This document shows, in pieces, positions 23,301 through 36,409 of a DNA stretch of 64,000 nt (position 1 is its first letter; every line of letters begins with the position of its first letter). The position numbers and the translations under genes were made by a program. The stretch is from Azolla caroliniana (lineage: Eukaryota > Plantae > Polypodiophyta): assembly GCA_043228905.1 (NCBI GenBank), contig JBHGNT010000018.1, forward strand, positions 16,430,001 through 16,494,000. The letters are read 5' to 3'. The notes below the pieces were generated by a model. It worked only from the letters and a program-made list of their open reading frames with translations. It did not search any database and had not been told where the DNA came from.

Positions 23301-23934
23301 AGAAGTTCCTACCAACCCTGCTGCCGAGGATCGTCTTAGTCGCCTCCAAGAAATTCAAGCTAACATTCTCCACAATTTGCACGATGCTCAATTTACACAC
23401 AAGAGGCTTGCCGATCGTCATCGTCTAGACTCCTCAAAAAAGTTCTGCATTGGGGATCATGTATGGCTTCTCCAACACAACATCAAGACCACTCGACCTT
23501 GCAGTAAATTGGATTACCAACGTTTTGGCCCTTACATGATCACTGGTAAGATAAGTGATGTTGCATTTCGTCTTGACCTCCCTCCGCACATGCATCTTCA
23601 TCCGGTGTTTCATGTATCCCTTTTGGAACCTTATACTACAAGTTCAATTCCGGGCCATCTTACGACACCCCCACCACCTGTCGAGTTCTTGGACGGGCCT
23701 GAATTTGAAGTTGCTGCCGTTCTCGATTCTAAAATCGTGCGCAACAAGTTGTATTACTTGGTCGATTGGCTAGGCTATACCCCCAATGATCGAACTTGGG
23801 AACCTGCCACAAATCTTTCCAATGCTGTAGAACTCGTCAATGCATTTCATCGCCAATATCCTTGTAAACCAGGTCCTAATACAAACCCTACGACCCGTGA
23901 GACGTGTCGTCGAAGAAGGGGGATAGTGTCATGA
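20284..23934 (+). CDS. pol: Pol: aspartic protease-RT-RNase H-integrase-chromodomain, probably made by -1 frameshift from gag
   Basis: Frame open from 20254. LLDSGA; YLDD; EADASDFA; HDSPMAGH...CDIC; LDFI..SDRG..QTERTN; GPY; chromodomain EFEVAAVLDSK...YYLVDWLGY...TWEP. The stop codon lies inside the 3' LTR. Confidence 0.95.
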   Translation, partial: VKRVSPAKIGAIWLDHPSYVELVPSRGSISSNQVSRVFSAQVELTTSTCHRVLASALLDSGANSCFMDREFALSQNILLNKLPNPVAVGVIDGRPIASGDIVEESEPIRIVLGNLASIISFNIIRSPDHPIVLGLPWFELHNPKIDWMKRTIEETREKSTNPASLSPTCANRSPELSPISLRQLREEGGNEAMFVFAIVATPSSTSRDADIKLPEKYKEFSDVFDKVKANTLPEHRPYDCPIDLQPGKEPPWGPIYNLSPVELETLREYIDENLANGFIRHSRSPAGAPIFFVKKKNGTLRLVVDYRGLNKVTIRNRYALPLIPNLLERLSGAKYFTKLDLRGAYNLVRIRPGDEWKTAFRTRYGHFEYIVMPFGLTNAPAVFQHMANDIFRDFLDIFTIVYLDDILIYSKTQEEHDAHVRQVLCRLREYGLYAKLEKCSFGQNQVEFLGYVVSSNGIAMDPMKVQAILEWQTPLSVRDVQCFLGFANFYRKFIKDYSKVVLPLTQLTHKDQPFIWSSDASEAFESLKRAFTTAPILAHVDPTKRFILEADASDFALGSVLSQTGDDGQLHPVAFHSRKFEAAEINYEIHDKELLAIVDSFQQWRHFLEGSSQQIIVYNDHKNLTYFQNARVLSRRQARWAQFLTHFDFIIIYRPGMQQGKADALSRRSYMELRPGEPAFEHQKHILLGPNRLRLMVVNAITALENSTLLDSIRDHMATDDFAKDVLDHIVPDRASCSQSKNPRNDYCQFYWHDGFLFRQNLLYVPDGPPRLQVLQHCHDSPMAGHFGVHKTLELISRRYWWPRLRHFVEEYVRSCDICCRSKNPLHRPYGLLQPLPIPETPWKSISLDFITDLPVSKGFDAILTVVDRFTKMAHFLPCTKSITSQETADLVMREVFKHHGLPDDIISDRGPQFISKFWKHLFKLLHISVKLSSGYHPETNGQTERTNQTLEQYLRCFINYQQDDWVAFLHLAEFAYNNSAHSSTGYSPFSANTGCHPRWMMNAHPEVPTNPAAEDRLSRLQEIQANILHNLHDAQFTHKRLADRHRLDSSKKFCIGDHVWLLQHNIKTTRPCSKLDYQRFGPYMITGKISDVAFRLDLPPHMHLHPVFHVSLLEPYTTSSIPGHLTTPPPPVEFLDGPEFEVAAVLDSKIVRNKLYYLVDWLGYTPNDRTWEPATNLSNAVELVNAFHRQYPCKPGPNTNPTTRETCRRRRGIVS

Positions 23935-24397
23935 TAACAGTCACATTATGCATCGAAAGGATCATGACACTCACATTATGACTCGAAAGGATTTGAACCC
24001 ACGACCCTGTTGTACACATGTCAAATCCTTAACCATTGTATTAATATTCTTATATGTATAGTCTCTAGAATATGAAATCTAATATCATAGGAATATTCTA
24101 TATTACTCTACATTCTAGAATGACCTAGAATATTCTAGAGTGTTCTATACCACTAGAACCTTCTAGAATACTCTAGAGATCTTCTAGATTACTCTACATT
24201 CTAGGATAACCTAGAATATTCTAGAGAGTTCTCTATTACTTATAAATAGGGATCTACCACCCATCCCAAACCTAAATTGGTTCAACGCCATTTTGTAGCC
24301 TACTCTTTGTAATCCATTTTACGCTTCAATATAATAATTCTCTTTCAATTATCTCTCTATCTCTTTTTCTCTCTCTTTCTCTCTCTCAGTCTTGACA
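23927..24397 (+). repeat. 3' LTR of D
   Basis: Identical to the 5' LTR by eye except CCCTATTG versus CCCTGTTG. Confidence 0.97.
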
Positions 24398-27300
24398 CAT
24401 ATGTGGGACCATGCCAGAGCGATCACTAGGAGGCTCCCGGTACTTCATCACATTCGTAGATGACTATACACAGAAAGTTTGGGCATACTCCATCAAGTCC
24501 AAAGATGAAGCACTCAAGGTCTTCACTTGATGGATATCTGAAGTGGAGAACCAGTCAGGATACAGAGTGAAGACACTCTGATCCGACAACAGAGGTGAGT
24601 AAACCTCCAGAGCCTTCAAACAATACCTATCTAAAAAAGGGATCTGGCATCAAAAGACCGTTCCTTACACACCCATGTAGAATGGGGTGCCTGAACGGAT
24701 CAACCGAACGATCCAAGAGAGGGTGACGGTAATGCTCTAGCAAGTTGGACTGAAGCTGGAATTCTGGGCCGAGGCATTGCAAATGGCAGTGTACCTGATA
24801 AATATGGTGCTGTCAAGAGCAATCAGGCTCGAAGTGCCACAGGCACTATGGTCTGGCAAAAAGCCGACCTACGATAGGCTTCGTATATTCAGATGCGGGT
24901 GAGGAGAAATGCACGGAATGTCACTTGGCCACAATCGAGTAGTGAATCACTTCTATAAGAATCAAACACAGAAATGAGAATTGGAGAGTACACAAGAAAG
25001 ATGACACGGGATGTTTACGTGGAAAACCCTAATAGGGAAAAACCACGGGAGCCCACAGACTTCGAACTATCACTATGAAGAAAAGGGGTACAATCAGAGA
25101 CCCGGAAGCAACGACCTCGAGCTTTGTTTCTACGCACAATGGCGGTTACAACAGAGTATCACTCTATATCTCTCTCTCTCCCTTTCACTCTTTACAACAG
25201 TTACAACAATATGACAACAACAAAAACAACATCATAAAGTGATTGCCCTAAGTCATATTTATAGTTATATGAACTCAGGGTTATTTACAAATATAGCCTC
25301 AATGGGCTTATTCAAGACATATTTACAAATCTGTCTTCTCTTCTGGTTCTCACCAGGTCCACCGATCCGGTTTCCGAATCTCTTCCGGTTCTCACCGGGT
25401 CCTCTTTATTCATCACTGGATCCCGTCCGGAGAGATCGATTTCCCAACAATCTCCCCCTTCACTCCGGTATGGGATGTCTTGTAAGTCTGATCCGCTTCC
25501 GGCATGCGTCCAGCTTGTCGGGTGTCAGCACCTTGGTCAGCATATCCGACCTGTTCTCCTCCAGTAGAGCCGGTATTCCTCTTGCCGGATCCATAATATT
25601 TCCTTGCCGGCTTCCACGGCTGCCATGTACTCTGCCTCCGTGGTTGACAACGCAACCGTCTTCTGCAGCCTCGACTGCCACGAAACGGCTCCCCCTGCAT
25701 AGGTCATGACATATCCGAAAGTTGATCGGCTGGTGTTCACATCAGCCGACATATCTAAATCGGTAAAGCCTTTCATGAGGGGTTTACCGGAGTTGAATCG
25801 GAGGCACATACTCGAAGTGCCCTTCAAGTAACGGAGTATCCATTTTACCACATTCCAGTGCTCTTTTCCGGGGTTGGTCATGAACCGACTCACCACTCCG
25901 ACTGCGTATCCAATATCTGGTCGAGTACACACCATTGCGTACATCAAGCTCCCGACCACAGAGGCATATGGAGTCTTCATCATATCCACCTTCTCTACCT
26001 TCGTCTTTGGGCTTTGCTTACCGGATAATCTGCAGTTTGCCAGGAGTGTCAATCCGACCGGTTTTGCTTCTAACATGTTAAACCGTTGAAGCAACTTTGT
26101 CACATACTTTTCCTATGACAACCACAATTGCTTCTTCGACCGGTTCCGGATGATGTGCATCCCCGATATCTGTCTTGCCAAACCCAAGACTTTCATTGAG
26201 AAGATCCGGTTAAGGGCCTTCTTCAGCATCCGTATCTTGACTTGGTCTTGTCTGACAATCAACATGTCGTCCACGAACAGGAGCAATATCAGGAAATCTC
26301 CTCCATCAAATTTCTTCACAAACACACAGTAATCGGCCTGCGTCTTGTGGCACCCTTGATCGGTCATGAAGGAGTCAAACTTCCTGTACCATTGCCGAGG
26401 AGCTTCCTTCAGTCCGTATAAACTCTTTGTCTGTCGGCACACCAGGTGCTCCTTCCCTTTCTTCTCAAATCCTTCTGGTTGATGCATGTAGATCTCTTCT
26501 TCGAGGTCTCTGTGTAGGACTGCCTTCTTCACGTCCAGTTGCTCTACCTCGAGGTTCATGCTTGCCGTTATGCCCAATACCGTCCAGATGGATGTCATCT
26601 TTACTACCGGGGCAAAGATCTCATCGAAGTCCACTCCTTTCTTCTGTTGGGAGCCCTTCACCACGATTCGGGCCTTATACCTTGGTGGATTTCCAGCGTC
26701 TCCCGGTTTCAGCTTGTACACCCACTTTTTCCGGAGTGCCCTCTTTCCTTTCGGCAACTCCACCAATTCATATGTGTGGTTCTCATGCAGGGAATCCATC
26801 TCATCCTGCATGGCACTCAGCCGTGGGTGTCTCCCCTTGCTTCTTCAAAGCTTTCCGGCTCACCCTCATCGGTTAGCAACACATGCTCTACATCCGGAAA
26901 TCTTCGGGGGGCTCTTCTCTCCTAGAGAGGATATCTCCGTCCTTGGTTTTGTTACCCGGCTGGCAAGAAGGCTTAAGGATGTCCAGACTAGAGTGCGAAA
27001 GGAATAGTTTATTCGGGAATTGTTGTAATTATTTTATTAATATGGACGGACGGACCGGAATTGATATGCCAATCCGGATCCAGACCGATTCTGAATAGGT
27101 GCCGGTTGGCACCGTTTTGTACTTCGCACCGGAGACCTATATAAAGGCCCGATTACAATGTAATTGACAACGGATAATTAATAGAACTTATTACCTTAAC
27201 CTTTCAGTATTGATTACCATTCTGTACTCATTGTTATATCTTAAGCGTGTTAATGACGTATTGCTAAGTAACCAATTAAGGTCTAATTAAGCGTTGTGTC

Positions 27301-27440
27301 GTAAGTCATCTTGCCGTAACACCCTTTGGTGAAGTGTCTTAAGTGGACACCCTGTGTTAGGCTGTTGTCCGGCCCTAGGATTAACACAGTTTTGGCGACC
27401 ACGATTCCTGCACAATCACAGTGAATAGCAGCGGGAATGG

Positions 27441-29048
27441 ATGACTAGGCCAACAGACGACCCAGTTATGGAGAGAGCACGAAGACTTGCTGAACGGCGA
27501 AGGTGGCGAGAGGCTTTCCAGCAAGCGGTGGAAGAAATCCGGAAAGTGATCCGGAAAGTAACAGAGGAGTCGCTCCGTCTGCAACAAAACGCTTACCCGG
27601 ACGAAGAAAGCAGCTTAAGCAGCCTCCGGGAAGCAAAATCCCTTCTCCAGGCCTTGGCCGGAAGAGATGGCGAATCCGAAGCATTTTCGGCGTTGGAATT
27701 GGATTCGGAAGGGGGTTACAGCGCGCACACGAACTATCGCAGCAGTAACGACACCCCAGGAGGACCGGAGGATGAGGAATCGGATACATTACCGACACCG
27801 GAACCAGAGTTGTCAGACCGGGAACCCCCGGCACTAGACGTGGAGCAACCTCCGGAAACGGAAGAAGACAAAGAAAGACCTCCGACACCGGAATTCGAGC
27901 CAGCAACACCAAAGGAAGACCGGCAAAGACCTCCAACACCGACGGAACAACAGGAAAGACCACCGACACCGCCAGCCCGCGTACCGACACCGGACAACGA
28001 CATGTCGTTCCAATACTCCAAGTATAGGGATGACCCGGACATGGAGGCTTATGTTCACGCGTTTCAACAAACATGGGAGGCGAACCATGTGTCACAACGA
28101 TTAACCGCGGCCGAAGAGGATCGATCTAAGATAGCCGAATTCGACATGACATTGGAAGAACCGGCCGCCAGATGGCACCGGACACAGGACCCCAGCACCA
28201 TCACCACCTTTGCGGACCTGAAAGATAAATTCTTGCACTTCTTTCAGAAGGAGGTGGACCAGAGAGAAATGGTGGGCCTATTTTATACCATCCGGCAGGA
28301 CCCTGGGGAGAGCATTCCGCAATTTGTCATCCGGTTTCAACGGATGCACAGTCAGCTTACTCGAACACCTCCGGAGGAAGAAACACGGGCTATATTCTTA
28401 GCCGCGCTTCGGGAACTTCTACAAACGGTATGCATGGTCATCGACTTTCGCACAAGCACCGTCGACCAGGTCATCGACCGGGTTAGAGAAATGGAGAAAA
28501 CGAGCTCTTGGCTAACAATGGGAGCCCTCCAACGAGCGTTACCAAATGATGAGGATCTCCGGTTTCGGCAAGCAATCCAATGCACGACCTGCTTGAATTC
28601 CGGACACTCGACACTGGAGTGCACCATGCGGACGCACTGCTTACTCTGCCAATCTACGAGCCACACGATGGACCGGTGCGAATATAACTTATTGAATCGG
28701 CAAGCACCACCAGTCCAGCAAATTGAGCCACGTAGCAGCCGTGACAAAGAAGACGAACGTTGGCGGCGGGAGGAGCGATATCAACCGGCACAAGATGTCC
28801 GGTACGGCGATCGGCGAGACAACTATGACTGGTACGAGAGATATGACAGGTACCGAGATTACAATGGACGGTACGAGCATTACAACCGGGATCACTCCCC
28901 CGGGTATCACCAACGACGGGAAGATTACGGGAGATATGACGACCAACCCTGTCAAGGGTACCGCAACAAAAAGAACTTTAATAAAAAATGGCATTTCAAA
29001 AAAGGGAGCCACCCACGTGAACCGGAAAAAGGCGCCTCAAGCAGCTAA
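27441..29048 (+). pseudogene. gag: gag of element I (535-aa open segment) with RPPTP repeats, zinc knuckles and an R/D/Y-rich tail
   Basis: CTTCLNSGHSTLEC and CLLCQSTSHTMDRC; the downstream frame is broken. Confidence 0.82.
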
Positions 29049-29399
29049 CCAGACCAAAGCCCCGCGGTTACCACAGGTCCTCCACCAAGTACAGGAAACA
29101 ATGCTGAATCCAGCAATACTCGGAAAGCATATTGCTATTACTGCCGGCAAGAAGGACATTATAGTAACCAATGTCCAACAAAGAGCTATGACAAGCGACC
29201 GGCAGTAAACATGGCAGTCGCCGAAGTCGCAGACCTGCAACAGGTTACCACACGGTCGAAGGGCAAGGCGACGAAATGGGAGACACAAGAGGTTATCCGG
29301 AAGCAGGCAACGGAATGGGTGAAAAAGGCAAATGAGCGAAACGTAGTAGAACTTGTGCAGCAAAAGGAGAACACCGAAGAGCTCGCCGGCGGCAGTTAG

Positions 29400-32300
29400 A
29401 CCGAAAATGCGACATGGCAGGCATTGCAGGAGTGCCAAATCACGCTACCATTAGGATGACTCCTACAATTAGTGCCCAGATTCACAGAAGGACTCAAGAC
29501 ATGCATGACGGTAGGAGAAACACCACCGGCACCAACATTCTTCTCAAATCTGGAGGAGGGACCGGCGGTGGTAGACACAAACAGTCCGGCGATCACAGCC
29601 ATCATGAAGGGAAAGGAGTTACCCGGAACCGTAATAGATCGAGGATCCGGCGTCAATGTGATTAGCCTCCGAACATGCACAACTTTGGGAATCTAAGAGT
29701 GGGAACCATGCCCGTTCTAGCTACGGATGGCGGATACAAGCTCAGTACGACCGACCGGCTTGATATGAGATATGGAAGTAACAATCGGCGGCCACACATT
29801 TCGCATCTCAGTAGTAGTGCTACAATTACAGGCACAAGGAGCTTACCCGCTATTGTTGGGGTGGTCGTGGCTAAAAACGGCGCACATTAAACAAAACTAG
29901 AGGAAGAATATAATCACCTTCCGGCGGGGAAAAGCAAAAGTACGGGTACCGACACAACCACGGACGGGTACCGGGAAGGAATTGACACCCCTATATGCCG
30001 AATGTGTCAATATGCTGAACGGATTAGCAGACGAAGAGGTGGATCATTACTTGCAAGATAATCCGAAGATAGTACCCATGTTCGAAATTGACGTAGTTGA
30101 AGCCATATCACCATACATACTGCCACCGGACGGAGCGGACGAGGAACCAAATAAAGAAGGGATCCGGGAGCTACGGCAAGCACAAGAAGCGCTAGAAAAA
30201 GAAATGGCCGTATCACAACGGGTTAAAGTATCCCAACTAGAGGAGGTAAATCTAGGAACTACGGAAGAGGTGAGACCGGTGCAGATAGCCAAGGAAATGA
30301 CTACGGAGAACAGAACGGCAATGATTACACTTCTCAAAGAGTTTCGGGACGTGTTTGCCTGGTCCTACAAGGATATGAGAGGGCTCAATCCTCAGCTATA
30401 TCAGCATCAGATACATTTGAGCAAAGACGCCAAACCGGTAGCACAACGACGGTACCAGATGAATCCAAACTATGCTGCCAAAGTCAAGGAGGAAATCGAC
30501 AAGTTGCTGAGAGTTGGCTTTATCCATCCCGTAAAGAAATCTACATGGCTAAGCCCGATAGTAGTCATACCAAAGAAAAACGAAAAAATTAGAGTATGTG
30601 TCGACTACCGGAAGCTTAATGCGGCTACGGTAACTGATGCATTTCCACTTCCATTTACAGATGGAGTTTTGGACGCAGTCGCCGGCCATGAGGTATACAG
30701 TTTTTTAGACGGATTCAACGGATACAACCAGATCCGGATGCACCCCGATGACCAGGAGAAAACGGCTTTCGGCACTAAATGGGGAGTGTTTGTTGCCGTA
30801 GTGATGATGTTCGGACTAAAAACGGCGCCGGCAACGTTCCAGAGGATCATCATGGAAATATTCGGAGAATTCATACCGGCATTCATGCAGGTGTTCCTCG
30901 ACGACTTCGCCGTTTACAGCCAGGAAGGAGACCACCTTCAGCACCTCCGACTGTGTCTAGAAAAGTGTAGGGCTTACCGGCTAAGCCTGAATCCGACGAA
31001 GTGTGTATTCAGTGTGTCCAGCGGAACGCTATTGGGCCACATTGTGAGCAAGGAGGGCATCGCCGTGGATCCGGACAAAGTAAAAGCAATCCTGGAGGCA
31101 CTGGCGCCAACAACGGCAAAGGCATTGAGCCGTTTCTTAGGCCAAATCCATTGGCATAGCTGAATGCTCCGGTATTTGGTGGACCTAGCTACACCAATGC
31201 ATGCTGCGGTACACCGAACACCGTTCCAGTGGACCGACATTGAAGACAAGGCGTACTGGGCACTCAAAGTTCTATTGTCGCAAGCGCCGGTAGTGCAACC
31301 CCCAGATTGGGCGAAGGAATTTCATGTGTTCGTGGATGCGTCCGACATTGCAATCGGGAGTGCGCTGATGCAACTTACGAAGCCAAGATGGTACCGGCCC
31401 GTATATTACGCAAGCCGGAAGTTATCCCAAGCCGAACGAAATTATTCCACCACAGAAAGGGAAGCTTTAGGCATGATCTACAGCGTAACAAAATTCAGGC
31501 ATTATTTATTGGGAAGAAAGTTTTCCTTCCATGTAGATCATTCGGCACTCCTCTACCTAGTGTCCAAAGCGTCATTTACTGGTAAGTTGGCCCGGTGGAC
31601 TTTGCTATTACAGGAATTCGAATTCGAGATATTCCACCGACCCAGCATACAGCATGTGGTAGCAGATTATTTAAGCCAGTTAGATTCCGGAGAAACCGGC
31701 GAAGGAGTACCAGATGAGTTTCCGGATGTTGAGCTATTTCGAGTCACCGCAGAAACGGCAACAAATGAAACAGTGGCACCCGAAGATAAGTGGCTACAAA
31801 TATGCACCAATTTCTGAGCACCGGATTGCCTCCGGAGGAGATGAACCGGGACGAGAGGAAACGCCTGGCAGTACAAAGCCGACACTTCTGTTTATTACGA
31901 GACACGTTATACCACAAAGGTGCGGATGGTATATGGCGACGAGCAGTGCGCAATGATGAGAAAGAGGTAATACTACGAGAAGCACACTGCGGAGTCGCCG
32001 GAGGCCATTATGCCAGGGATGCTACGACAAGGAAGATATGGCAAAGTGGCCTATGGTGGCCGACTACATTGAAAGACGCAGTCCGGTACGCGAAAGAGTG
32101 TGATCTATGCCAGCGAATGGCCAGCCAACAGAACAAGCTAGGATGTCGCACCAGCTAGTACTACCGCTAGAACCATTTCAGAAATGGGGATTGGATTTTG
32201 TCAGACCATTTAAACCACCAGCAATGAGAACTGGCAACCGGTATGTGATCATCGCGACGGACTACTGCACTAAATGGGTGGAAGCCAAAGCCCTATGAGA

Positions 32301-33165
32301 CAACACCGCGGCGTCGACGGCAAAATTCTTATACGAATACATTTGGTGCCAGTACGGATGCCCCATAGAGCTGATAAGCGACCAAGGAGGACACTTTCTT
32401 GGACAGGTAGTGGAGAGCTTGACATCATTCTATGCGGTAGTACATAAACGGAGCACCCCGTACTACATACAAGCCAACGGATTAGCTGAGTCAACAAACA
32501 AAATGCTACAGAATATCCTACGCAAGATCGTCATTGAGAATCTGACAGATTGGGACACGAAGCTGCACAGTGCACTCTGGGCTTACCGGATAGCCTACAA
32601 AACAAGCATCCAAACCACACCGTTCCGGTTAGCATTTGGATTAGAGGCAGTCATGCCGGTCGAGTTCCAAGTACCGAGCTTACGGATCTAGATTCGGGAA
32701 CGACTTAATGAAAAGGAATCGGAGGCAATTCGGTTAAAGGCTCTGTGTGAACTAGAAGAACACCGACTGGCGAGCATCATGCACCTGGAATTGGAACAAC
32801 GGCGACGGAAAGCGTTTGTAGATTGGCACTGGAAGGGAAACGAAAAGATGTTCGAAATCGGCAAGCCGGTACTAGTGTTCCAGATCCGGATGGGTAAAAT
32901 GCCAGGCAAACTACGGTTTAGATGGACCGGACCGTACTGGATCACACGCGGGTTCAATGGGTCTTACCAGTTAGGGACACTTGCCGGCGAGGTGCTGGGT
33001 AAATGGATCAACGGATTTAGACTAAAGCCATACAAAGGACCTATGCCCAAGAACCCATTTGAACGAAGGGCCGACACCGAATCGGACGTCGGCAGGCCAA
33101 CCAAGACGGCAACAAAGCTAGTAAGGCGGAGCACGAGCCGGCAACCAGGGAGAGCAAAACGATAG
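29400..33165 (+). pseudogene. pol: pol of element I (stops and frameshifts)
   Basis: ORF fragments 29472, 29982, 31164, 31790, 32107, 32410 and 32779 carry PR/RT/RH/INT motifs. Confidence 0.9.
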
Positions 33166-33633
33166 CAAACCGTCAAGAGGCCGGCAAGGTGCGCGTTTCG
33201 GGTAAGGGTCCGATAGGACCAGAGAAAAATTAACCACACAATTAATTTCAAAAAAAAAACAAAAAATCGAATCAAAGAAATCATGCAAAGGAGTGGTGGA
33301 AACGGCCATGCAAACGAGGAGTAAAGAGGCACTTCGAAAAGGTACGAGGAGGCTATGAATAGGGCATTAAACCACCGCAGCATGGCACAAAATGCTATTA
33401 TAGTACACGACCTACACATGCGTAGGCTCGAAAAAGGCGCCAAGATGCAGAGAGAAAACGCCCCCCGCATCGAGACCTTTTTCTTTCGCGAACCAAGGAG
33501 AACAAACGCAGACAGACGCGTGAAGATCAATCGAAGAGAGCTCGCGCACAGAGAACCCCCTCACTCAGAACTTTCTCTCTCACACTCTCTCCACCGTCAA
33601 ACCTCGCCAACGCTCTCCGACCTCGACGCAGAG

Positions 33634-36409
33634 ATGGACTGCCAAACATTGTCTGAAGCCGCCAAGAAATGGCTACGGCAACACGGACTAGAGGGTTTCT
33701 TGACGATCATGGAGGCGGTGCCACACAAGGAGGCCGAAAATATTATCAAAGAAATCGACACAGAGGTGATCACGGAGGAGGCGATCCGTGCATTAACAGG
33801 CCTTCCGGATGCACGATCAACAATCCTACCTCCGAGCAGCTCATCAAATATTTCGGTGAGTATTCTCTCGCCAGCAAGGGCTACAAGACACAGGGCGGCG
33901 AAGATATGTTATTCTGCGAAATTGCCCGTGTACTCCATGAGTTCGGCCACGTATACCCTCGACCCCCCGTTATGCCTCAGAACCGAGCAGGCGTGATTAT
34001 CGCAACGTACGAAGGGGTCAAGGTGGATTGGCCGGTGCTGATCGCCAACAGATTGTGCACGGCTATTGATACCGTAGAGGTAAGGAAGGCAAAGCAGGCC
34101 GGAAAATATGGCATGCGGTGACACAATGGCTCACCCTATTGGCGCCACCTGTTGAGCCTGTCCAAACCAAGAAATGGGGAAGAGAAACGGACGGCACCCC
34201 AAAACCTACTTCAAAACGGCAATGGTTGTTGGCCTCCAAGGCCACTAAGGGGAAGACGGCCGACGTAGAGAAGGCGGCAAAGGAGCGCGCCAGCCGGAAG
34301 CGGCCGACGGACACGCACAAGGAGACACCGGCACGGCCCTTGAAGAGCCCACTCCACCGACCGATGCAGCAAGAAACAGACACCCTGGCTGCAAGAATGA
34401 ATGCCGAGACTCAGGAGGAGGAAATGGAGGAAGAGCCTACAAAGCACCTCCAGCGGCGGCTGGTGAAGAGGACCGCAGAATCAGTCGGGAAGCGTTCGGA
34501 CCAACAAAAGGATGGAACGCCCGCAACCCACATTGAGAATCCCATGCCAAGGGAGGCACCGGAACCGGTTCGGATGGAACCGGTCACAGAAGTCCCTGCA
34601 CAACAGGCAGCACCGGCAAGCCCCGTAACTCAAGTGCCGGTTATACAAATGCCAACCTCCTCAGCCGACCAAGAACAAGCAGAACAAGTGCGGCTAGCCG
34701 AAACACAATCGGAACCTAAACAGCAAAGTGGTCAGCAGGTAGAACCGGAATTGCCGCTCAACGCAGAAAGGCAGGACCAACCACCGGCAAGTGAACCCAT
34801 CAGCCAACCCGCCGTGCAGACACAACAACAGGGCACCGGCAGCCAATGGCTCCGGTGGATAGGAGAATAAATTGCCGGAGTAGTCGGATACGTAGAGGCG
34901 GAAGAACGAGCGCAGATGGAACGGTTGCTAGTCACAACCGATGAATTAGAGACGGCACGATCAAGGATCCGGTGCCTCGAACAAGACTTGGATCGGGTCA
35001 CAGAAGACATGGCCAAAATGGCCTTAACCGCAACACAGATCCAAGCATCGGTGACTCTGGTGGATGTACATACGAATAAGTCCCCAGAGACAGAAACTGT
35101 TCTGGAGAAAGATGCGGCGCAAGCCCAAGAGCTTGCTGACTTAAGAGACAAACTTGCCGCACAAGAAGCATTACGGAGCCGTGAACGCGACTTGAAGAAG
35201 GCGGCCGAAGAAGAATTAAAGAAGACTACTGAGAACCTCCGCCGAGAAGAGGAAAACCTATGTAAAGGACATCAAGCTTACGACCGGCTAAAGGAGGAAA
35301 AAGAGAAATTGTTGTAGGAGAAAGACAAGCTGCGACGGATGGCGGAGACGGAAATCGAAAGGCTGAAGGAAGAACTCCATCAACAGAAGGACTGGGAGGA
35401 CCGCGCGCGCCAGCAGATCAACCAGAGGCTGAAGCAGAAGACCGATAATTTTGATCATCTGCATCGGGACTACAAGCAGCTGGAGGCGGAGTATAAGCAA
35501 TAGCAGGAAAGGATGGCCGAGCTCCAGCAATAAGTTGATAGGGCCACAACGGCACTCGCCGATGAACGAGCTGAGAATTCAAAGCTATTGGAGGAAGCGG
35601 CGATGGACCGGATGGAGCTCCACAAGCAGAACCATGAAGAAAAGGAAAGGGCAACAATGGTGTTACAGAGGTTGCAAACAACCTATCAAAGTCAATTGTC
35701 GCATTATAGGGAGCAGGAGGCGAACACGGTCAGAATCATCAAGCAATTGAAAGAGGAGCGACAAGCCGCGGAGAACAAATCACGGATGGGAACCGAACGG
35801 ATCCAGTGCATCCTCCGGGCATGGCTCACCAAGACCAAACGCTTGATTGACGAGAGCTCTGTGCGATGGTGGACGAAATGGGTGCAAAATACGGCGAAAC
35901 TCCAATTGCTCAAGGCAAACATGGAAAACCGGCGGAAGGAGGGTGACAACTGTTATACGCTGACATCGGAGGACTTCACCGCCATAAGGGATGAGCTGGC
36001 CGAAGATTTCACAGCCCTAGCGAATGAACAATTGGTGTAGGTCCGGCAACTCATAGCTCAACTGGACGACGATCGGTTGGAGGCTCAAATCCAGTTTGAG
36101 AGCTATGAGCGGTCCCGGCTTCGGGAAGAAAAAGCAAGGAAAGCGGCAATGGTCAACCTTAGTGATGAGGAACTGTCGCCGGTACAAGGACCAGACGGGG
36201 ACCAGGCCGGGGCCGGTTAGCCAGCGACAACTCTAACGGAAGAAACAACGAAGGAAACGCCGGTGCCAGAGAGAAAAATGGAGCAGCAGCCCCAAATGGA
36301 GAAGCCACAAACGAAACAACAGCCACAACAACAGCCACAACAACAGATTCCCGACGAGCCATTGGAAATTTTGGAGCAAATCATTCTGGACATTTTGGAC
36401 GAAGAGTAG
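33634..36409 (+). pseudogene. Extra ORF of element I: PMD-like N-terminus, P/Q/E-rich linker, long coiled coil
   Basis: Fragments 33634-33996, 33669-34121, 34118-34870, 34916-35317 and 35588-36040 are collinear; no obvious TM segment. Confidence 0.65.

Larger units (their letters stand above)
18613..24397 (+). mobile_element. Intact, very young chromovirus Ty3/gypsy element D (Tcn1/Tf1-sushi-like)
   Basis: 471-bp LTRs 18613-19083 and 23927-24397 with one visible mismatch; TSD CATAG/CATAT inside G's HTDICG codons; uninterrupted gag and pol; PPT AGAAGGGGGATAG. Confidence 0.97.

Noticed and set aside
19172-23934. Domesticated PEG10/RTL-like host gene
   Set aside because: Flanked by near-identical LTRs, PBS, PPT and TSD
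27466-29438. Many long antisense or alternate-frame ORFs in element I
   Set aside because: Expected shadows of GC-rich coding sequence; no recognisable motifs
33634-36409. env gene
   Set aside because: No signal peptide or transmembrane segment visible
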